From Candidatus Hermodarchaeota archaeon (GTDB taxonomy: Archaea; Asgardarchaeota; Thorarchaeia; Thorarchaeales; Thorarchaeaceae), in the NCBI GenBank assembly GCA_048885865.1, contig JBHLLF010000019.1, positions 40,177 to 52,638 on the forward strand: 12,462 nt of DNA, given 5' to 3'. Shown here in pieces: positions 7,163-12,462 of this stretch. Within the stretch, counting starts at the first letter, position 1; the number at the start of each line of letters is the position of its first letter. A model generated the notes under the pieces. It had not been told where the DNA came from. It made no database searches and saw only the letters and a list, made by a program, of their open reading frames with translations. The position numbers were made by a program, and so were the translations under genes.

Positions 7163-9349
7163 ATGCTCAAGGAGTTCAATTATGATGTGCCAAAGATTGA
7201 GCGGGGATATGCCAATCAGACCCTTTACATCAATCTCAATGACAATTCTATCGAGACAAAGCCTGTCGATAAGAAGATGAAGGACACCTTTACTGGTGGA
7301 AAGGGGTACGACCTTTGGCTAATGTGGAATGGTCTTCCCAAAGATCGTATTGTTGCCTGGGACGACCCCGAGAACGAGATTTGTATAGCCGCTGGGCCTC
7401 TGGGAGGAGTGACTCAGTATCCTGGCGCTGGTAAATCCGTTGTGACTACAATATCACCAATGACAGGTATTCCAATAGATAGTAATGTGGGGGGCTACTT
7501 CGGCCCTCATCTGAAATTCTCTGGATTCGACGCATTGGAGATTCAAGGGAAAGCAGAGAACGATGTCTATGTGCTTATTGATGGAGATGTCGGCAGGATA
7601 GAGATACATGATGCTACAGACCTTCCAGACACAGCTTATGAGATAACTCGAATCCTTACAGATCGACATACCAACAAAGAAGGGAAAGACATCTCAGTAG
7701 TGACTGCAGGGCCTGGTGGTGAGCATGCATACATGAGCTGTCTGAACTTCTCGTGGTGGGATATGAGGAGGAACATTCCCAGGTACAAGCAGGCTGGCCG
7801 TGGAGGCATAGGTACTGTATTTCGGAACAAGAAGCTCAAGGCACTTGTCGCCAAACTTGAGAAGATTACTCTGGAGATGAATGGCCCTGCAGACATTGAA
7901 GCTGTGAAGAGAGTGGGTCGCGAGCACTCGAAGGAGATTCTTGACTTGGACGCGAAACAGAACAGAATGAGAACGCTTGGGACTGTTCACTTGCCATCAA
8001 TCATGAATGAATTCGATTTGCTGCCTACCCGCAACTTCCGTGCTGGGAGTGACCCAGAGGCAGAGAATATCTTTGGAGAGGCATGGGAGAACATATTCAC
8101 AGACCATTCCAAGGGATGGGATGGCTGTTGGCGTCCTTGTGCGATAAACTGCTCACATTGCATAGAGAACTTTGAACCCAAGACAGGCCCGTTCAAGGGA
8201 AAGAAAGTTGTCGTCGATGGTCCTGAATATGAAACAATCGCCGGGTGTGGCTCCAATCTAGGTATCTTTAATCCACACTGGGTTGCAGAACTCAACTTCT
8301 ATTGCGATGCATATGGAATCGACACCATCAGTTTCGGCACTACGATGGGCTTTGTGATGGAGCTCTTTGAGGAGGGCTATATCAACGAGAAAGTCACTGG
8401 AGGGCATGTGCTGAAATGGGGCGCTGCAGAGGCTGCTCTTGCGGTGCTTCATGAGATTGCTGAGGGCAAGGGATTCGGTGGCGAGCACTTTGGCAAAGGA
8501 GTTGCTTACCTCAAGAAACACTTTGCAGAGGTCTATGACATTGACCCCAAGCACATGCAAGACATTGGCATGGAACACAAGGGTCTCGAATATTCTGAAT
8601 ATGTTACGAAGGAGAGTCTGGCTCAGCAGGGAGGTTATGGTTTCACTCTCAAGGGACCACAGCATGACGAGGCGTGGTTGATCTTCATGGATCAAGTCCA
8701 CAATTACCTACCAACCTTTGAGGACAAGGCGGAAGCACTTCATTATTTCCCGATGTGGCGAACATGGTTCGGCCTTAATGGACTGTGCAAGCTTCCGTGG
8801 AATGATGTTGTACCAGCTGATAATGCAGATACTGATGAACCTGCGAAAGTTCCTAAACACGTTGAATTCTATTCAAGATTCTTCTCTGCGATGACAGGCA
8901 TAGAGTCTGATGGAGATGGCCTTATTCTAAGGAGCGAGAGGGTCTATAATTTCCAGCGAATCTTCAACATTCGACAAGGAAAGGGTTTGAGGATTAATGA
9001 CTCCAATCCTCCCTATCGGAGTGTGGGTCCAGTCACAAATTGGGAGTATGAGAGCAGGCAGGAGAGATACGACACGTTCCTTCAGGAGATGTGCGGTATC
9101 GATTGCTCAAACATGACAACTACTGAAAAAGTGGCTAAACTCCGCGAATACAGGGAAGAGCAATACAAATTGCTAGCTGATGCAGCTTACAAGCGTCGAG
9201 GCTGGACTCGCAACGGTGTACCGATGATGGATAAGATCAAGAAGATTGGTCTGGACTGGATTCCAGAACTTGTGGAGACCGTGAGCAAAACTGAGAGTTC
9301 TGAACCGCCAAGAAACACGCTTCCTGAAAGCGATGAAGCTTGGAAATAG
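7163..9349 (+). CDS. aor: Aldehyde:ferredoxin oxidoreductase family protein (tungstopterin, 4Fe-4S)
   Basis: AOR-family motifs: GGKG, DPENEI..AGPLGG, ISPMTG..DSNVGG.FGP.LKFSGFDAL.I.GK, AGRGGIG.V...K.LKA, Fe-S cysteines C-WRP-C-AIN-C plus distal GLCK, GPEYET, CDAYGIDTISFG, KGLE, ERVYNFQRIFN, YKRRGW..NGVP. Start moved from GTG 7112 to the in-frame ATG 7163 because GGAGTG lies 7 nt upstream and 7112-7162 is part of the structured leader. Substrate cannot be assigned. Confidence 0.93.
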   Translation: MLKEFNYDVPKIERGYANQTLYINLNDNSIETKPVDKKMKDTFTGGKGYDLWLMWNGLPKDRIVAWDDPENEICIAAGPLGGVTQYPGAGKSVVTTISPMTGIPIDSNVGGYFGPHLKFSGFDALEIQGKAENDVYVLIDGDVGRIEIHDATDLPDTAYEITRILTDRHTNKEGKDISVVTAGPGGEHAYMSCLNFSWWDMRRNIPRYKQAGRGGIGTVFRNKKLKALVAKLEKITLEMNGPADIEAVKRVGREHSKEILDLDAKQNRMRTLGTVHLPSIMNEFDLLPTRNFRAGSDPEAENIFGEAWENIFTDHSKGWDGCWRPCAINCSHCIENFEPKTGPFKGKKVVVDGPEYETIAGCGSNLGIFNPHWVAELNFYCDAYGIDTISFGTTMGFVMELFEEGYINEKVTGGHVLKWGAAEAALAVLHEIAEGKGFGGEHFGKGVAYLKKHFAEVYDIDPKHMQDIGMEHKGLEYSEYVTKESLAQQGGYGFTLKGPQHDEAWLIFMDQVHNYLPTFEDKAEALHYFPMWRTWFGLNGLCKLPWNDVVPADNADTDEPAKVPKHVEFYSRFFSAMTGIESDGDGLILRSERVYNFQRIFNIRQGKGLRINDSNPPYRSVGPVTNWEYESRQERYDTFLQEMCGIDCSNMTTTEKVAKLREYREEQYKLLADAAYKRRGWTRNGVPMMDKIKKIGLDWIPELVETVSKTESSEPPRNTLPESDEAWK

Positions 9350-9362
9350 GACCAGATCTAAG

Positions 9363-9430
9363 AGGAGTATAATACGGCTCCTTGCCTTTCTTATCTTTTC
9401 TAGATAGGAAAGAATCATGATTCCTAGGAA
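9363..9430 (+). terminator. Hairpin/palindrome cluster after aor (putative terminator or 3' UTR structure)
   Basis: AGGAGT/GCTCCT stem at 9363-9382; 11-bp stem CTTTCTTATCT/AGATAGGAAAG at 9386-9412 with a pyrimidine-rich 5' arm; palindromes GAATCATGATTC (9412-9423) and TTCCTAGGAA (9421-9430). Confidence 0.4.
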
Positions 9431-9554
9431 AGCCAGTTGATAGTGCAATTTTGCATTGAGTAATATCCTGGACTCCGATGAGCAATCCTAGAAATAGTCA
9501 GGGATGGCGGAATCCTTTTTGCTAACCACACACTTTCTCATGCGGGCATTCGCA

Positions 9555-10448
9555 ATGCGGAGCATTATCAAAGGGTTATCTTTCTTTATACTCATTCTTT
9601 TACTACTAAATTCACCAACAGATAAGTTGACTGAAAAAACTAGAACTGTGAGATATATCACAGCAGGAGAATCAGCATCAACTTCAGATCCTTATGGAAC
9701 TATCAATATAAGGGGTGGAGAATATAGTGTTCATAACGGTGTCTGGGGAGCGGAAACCTCACAGACAGTAACTGTACCAGACACTGATTTTTGCAAATTC
9801 ATTGTAACACAGTCAAGTCACAACCAAAGCCATGTTGCTTCCTACGCGGCTATCTGCAAAGGTTCTACTTGGGGTATGACCACTACTGGTTGGAAATCAA
9901 TCCAAATCAATGAGCTTGAATATGCGTCTTTCAATTGGAGTGTAAATAATTATCGTCCCTCAGGAGTATATTGTATAATGGCTGAATCTTGGTTTAGCTC
10001 AAGCCTTGACACAAGCTTAGGTTACCCCGGTGGAGGGGAACTGCTGATTTGGCTTGATACACAAGGGATGGTTCCTGGGGGAAGTAAGGTTGGTGAATTC
10101 GGTTCTTATGAGGTCTGGTACTGCTTTGTTAGTCATCATTACATATGTTATCACATGACTGGGCAAAACTCTGCTGAGATTAACCTTCTTGACTTCATCA
10201 ATGATGCCTTAAGTAGGGGGTATCTCAACGCAACATGGTATTTGCATGATGTTGAAGCTGGATTTGAAATCTGTAGTGGGGGTGAGGGGCTCATGCTTGA
10301 GTCATTCAATGTTTCAATCCCAGGAACTGAAGCAACTACATCATTGGAGACTTTTGACGTTCTAGGAATTCTAGGAATAGGTGGTCTAATGGTCATAGTC
10401 ATCATACTGATTGCATTCAAACTAAGGAACGATGAAGCTTTTCGTTAA
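9555..10448 (+). CDS. Secreted, C-terminally membrane-anchored glycoside hydrolase family 12 (endo-beta-glucanase/xyloglucanase-like)
   Basis: GH12 landmarks: YSVHNGVWG (NNxWG), SY, GGELLIWL (nucleophile Glu), PGGSKVG, YEVW, LLDFINDA..RGY, WYL..VEAGFEI (acid/base Glu). Signal-like MRSIIKGLSFFILILLLLNS from ATG 9555 (the ORF is open from 9504). Thr-rich linker, then hydrophobic VLGILGIGGLMVIVIILIAF and a basic KLR tail. Confidence 0.85.
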   Translation: MRSIIKGLSFFILILLLLNSPTDKLTEKTRTVRYITAGESASTSDPYGTINIRGGEYSVHNGVWGAETSQTVTVPDTDFCKFIVTQSSHNQSHVASYAAICKGSTWGMTTTGWKSIQINELEYASFNWSVNNYRPSGVYCIMAESWFSSSLDTSLGYPGGGELLIWLDTQGMVPGGSKVGEFGSYEVWYCFVSHHYICYHMTGQNSAEINLLDFINDALSRGYLNATWYLHDVEAGFEICSGGEGLMLESFNVSIPGTEATTSLETFDVLGILGIGGLMVIVIILIAFKLRNDEAFR

Positions 10449-10580
10449 GAATTACCATTTCTTCACTGCTTACTTCACACCTGAAACCAAGGAATTGCCT
10501 TTGGGCTTGGAGCCGAAGGTTATCGATCTTATCTTGCCCTATCTAGGGTTTACCTTCTGAAGACAAGCTGACTCTTTTGC

Positions 10581-10656
10581 GCAAGACACTAAAAGGTAGC
10601 TTGGAATAAGGTACACAAGTCAACGTGAAGTAGCTACTGCGCGCTGAAAGGAGGGA
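10581..10656 (+). promoter_or_regulatory. Promoter/leader block, copy 1 (paralogous to 11644-11719)
   Basis: GCAAGACACTAAAAG...GGAATA...ACAAGTCA...AAGGAGGGA; same 76-nt length as copy 2. Confidence 0.65.
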
Positions 10657-11589
10657 CTGAGTTCGCCTCGCAACCGCAAATTGATCACGATTCTGCTGAT
10701 CTGCAGCATCCCTGTCTTCTCGACGCATTTAGTATATCTGCCACAGGATACTGAAGGGATTATAGAGCGCATGGATGTCCCTGCAACCGTTTCAAAATCC
10801 AATGACATGGACGGTCTAACACCTAGCTCAGATGAATCTTTTCGAAACTGGGCGAATCTAAATGGATTTCCTGGAGATGGAACTGGTTCAAGTCCATTCA
10901 TCATCGAAGGAATGGTTTTCTCGAATTATTCCAGTCCTCCCAGGGTTCTCGTCGATATTGTTGAAACTTGGTTCGTTTTTAGTGAATGCATTTTCATGTC
11001 AAATGATTCAAGACCTGCCCTCAGCACATGGGGGATTGCGAATGGAGTTTTTTCAGATTGCGGCTTTTTGGGCTCTGTTGAATACAATTCATCATCAAAT
11101 TGCGTCTTCCATGACTCTGAATTCCTTTTGCCCGTTCAGGCTATTGGATCAAGTGATTCAGTTTTCTACAGCAACGTGTTTGATGATGAAGCAAATGTGT
11201 ATGTAAGTTCCTTGGGGATTTCATCCAACAATGTGTCATTCTTTGAGAATGAATTCTATGGAGAATTACATCTTGCAGATGTCACGAACTGTTATGTCAT
11301 TAACAACATCTTTTACTGGCTAGCCATAGATGATGGATCGGATAACTATTGGGATGGAAATGACTACTTCAACTATGATGGAACTGGCCCTTATGAAATC
11401 CCAGGACTCGCAGGGAGTGTGGATGACAATCCATTCGGGCGCCCAGGCACTACAACAGATGGGCCTCCACCGTTTCCACCCCCTCCAAATGGGGATTTGG
11501 GGATAGACCAGCTCTTGTTCCAGGTCATCATTATGGAACTTGTTCTTATAGCAATAATTCTCCTCACGAGAGGACGGCGCGTTCAATAG
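10657..11589 (+). CDS. Cell-surface NosD/right-handed parallel beta-helix-like protein with C-terminal membrane anchor, paralog 1 (start codon uncertain)
   Basis: The frame is open from 10648. Basic n-region RNRK plus a hydrophobic stretch; cap motif SSDESF..WA..NGFPGDGT..SPFIIEG; Asn/Ser/Cys-rich beta-helix repeats; DDG.DNYWDGN.Y..YDGTGPYEIPG.AGSVD.NP; Pro/Thr linker; TM helix plus RGRR. The ORF-track start TTG 10681 would remove the n-region; CTG 10657 follows AAGGAGGGA. Confidence 0.8.
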   Translation: MSSPRNRKLITILLICSIPVFSTHLVYLPQDTEGIIERMDVPATVSKSNDMDGLTPSSDESFRNWANLNGFPGDGTGSSPFIIEGMVFSNYSSPPRVLVDIVETWFVFSECIFMSNDSRPALSTWGIANGVFSDCGFLGSVEYNSSSNCVFHDSEFLLPVQAIGSSDSVFYSNVFDDEANVYVSSLGISSNNVSFFENEFYGELHLADVTNCYVINNIFYWLAIDDGSDNYWDGNDYFNYDGTGPYEIPGLAGSVDDNPFGRPGTTTDGPPPFPPPPNGDLGIDQLLFQVIIMELVLIAIILLTRGRRVQ

Positions 11590-11643
11590 CATCAGAATAG
11601 TGTTGTTATTGCCCCTAGCAGCATAATCGATTGAACAATTGAT

Positions 11644-11719
11644 GCAAAACACTAAAAGCTCGCTGGAATATAGCTCTACAAGTCAGCATTACGCCACAGG
11701 TTCGCAGAGTAAGGAGGGA
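11644..11719 (+). promoter_or_regulatory. Promoter/leader block, copy 2
   Basis: GCAAAACACTAAAAG...GGAATA...ACAAGTCA...AAGGAGGGA, collinear with 10581-10656. Confidence 0.65.
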
Positions 11720-12462
11720 ATGTCACGACTCACTATCGGAGAAAAAGCGCAATATTGCTAGTCTGCAGTATCTTCATTATCTCAGCATGTTCGACATTTG
11801 CGCCACAGACTCAAGGCGAAAATGTTGAAACTCTGGACATTCCTTCAATCCCTGCACAATATACTGAAATCGGAGGTTTGAGCTTCAGCTCGGATAATGA
11901 GTTCCAAGCCTGGGCAAATCTGAATGCTTTCTCAGGAGATGGCAGCTCCGAAACGCCGTATTACTTCACAAGGTTGAACATCACAGGCGAGTCAGAACCA
12001 AGTCTCAAACTCTCAAACATCAGAAACAGCTGGTTCACCTTTGATGATTGCATATTCCATGCCTATCTATCGTATAGTGCTTTGGAGATATTCAACGTTA
12101 CAAAAGGCCACTTCACGAATTGCTTTGTATCTGGAGCCATATTCCATAACGATTCTGATTTCAATGTCATTATGCGTTCATACATCTGGGGAGCAGTATA
12201 CATTGAGGACTCGTTGCATACAGGACTCTATCACAACACATTTGGTATGGATGCTCCTGTCTTCGTCATGTCATTCTCTCTGCTATCAACCAATGTGTCC
12301 TTTTATGATAACAACTTTCTTTCGGAATTGGACCTCTTGGATTGTACTGAATGCTACGTTATCAACAACAGATTCTTCACTTCAGTCCGCGACAATGGAT
12401 ATGCAAATACATGGGACGGCAATAACTACGCAGACTATGTTGGAGTAGGACCGTACCTTATA
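11720..12462 (+). CDS. Beta-helix surface protein, paralog 2 (3' end runs off the window; ATG 11720 is out of frame with the body)
   Basis: Not in the ORF track. The frame 11713-12462 is open: ...TTHYRRKSAILLVCSIFIISACSTFAPQTQGE...GLSFSSDNEFQAWANLNAFSGDGSSETPYYF...STNVSFYDNNFLSELDLLDCTECYVINNRF..VRDNGYANTWDGNNYADYVGVGPYLI, clearly collinear with paralog 1. ATG 11720 opens only a 13-aa ORF; the first in-frame canonical start is TTG 11755. Confidence 0.8.

Noticed and set aside
10648-10705. Fluoride (crcB) riboswitch-like text GAGTTCGCC...AACCGC...GCTGAT
   Set aside because: It lacks the GGCGAUG start and the UGAC pseudoknot partner, overlaps the signal-peptide coding region, is absent from the paralog, and no fluoride-related gene follows. 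Only a small GAGGGA/TCGCCTC hairpin over the RBS remains.
469-11652. Short antisense or alternate-frame ORFs overlapping the kinase, aor, GH12 and beta-helix genes
   Set aside because: They overlap well-supported genes and show no motifs; expected shadow ORFs.
12041-12448. 135-aa plus-strand ORF in the track
   Set aside because: Wrong-frame shadow of beta-helix paralog 2, whose frame is homologous to the 10657-11589 gene.
1-12462. CRISPR array, tRNA/rRNA, transposase/integrase or DGR template-variable repeat pair
   Set aside because: No regularly spaced repeats, cloverleaf, recombinase or reverse-transcriptase motifs were seen. The paralog similarity looks like ordinary divergence and is not adenine-specific.

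Overview
12.5 kb archaeal-style window; the gene repertoire suggests Asgard archaea, most like Thorarchaeia (inference, not verified). In order: the 5' part of a minus-strand winged-HTH regulator (MarR/GbsR-like, runs off the left edge); a divergent 1980-aa hybrid histidine kinase (REC, 12 PAS, a GAF-like insert, HisKA, HATPase); a short, probably decayed HEAT-repeat-like remnant on the minus strand; an AT-rich palindromic divergent promoter followed by a strongly structured leader; a tungsten-type aldehyde:ferredoxin oxidoreductase (AOR) family gene; a membrane-anchored GH12 beta-glucanase; and two tandem NosD/parallel beta-helix-like surface proteins (the second runs off the right edge and is missing from the ORF track). 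The most notable signals are (1) a riboswitch-like multi-stem leader before the AOR that contains an anti-Shine-Dalgarno segment, and (2) duplicated beta-helix genes that share a 76-nt upstream block while neither has a canonical in-frame start codon next to its strong RBS. No rRNA, tRNA, CRISPR array or mobile element was seen.
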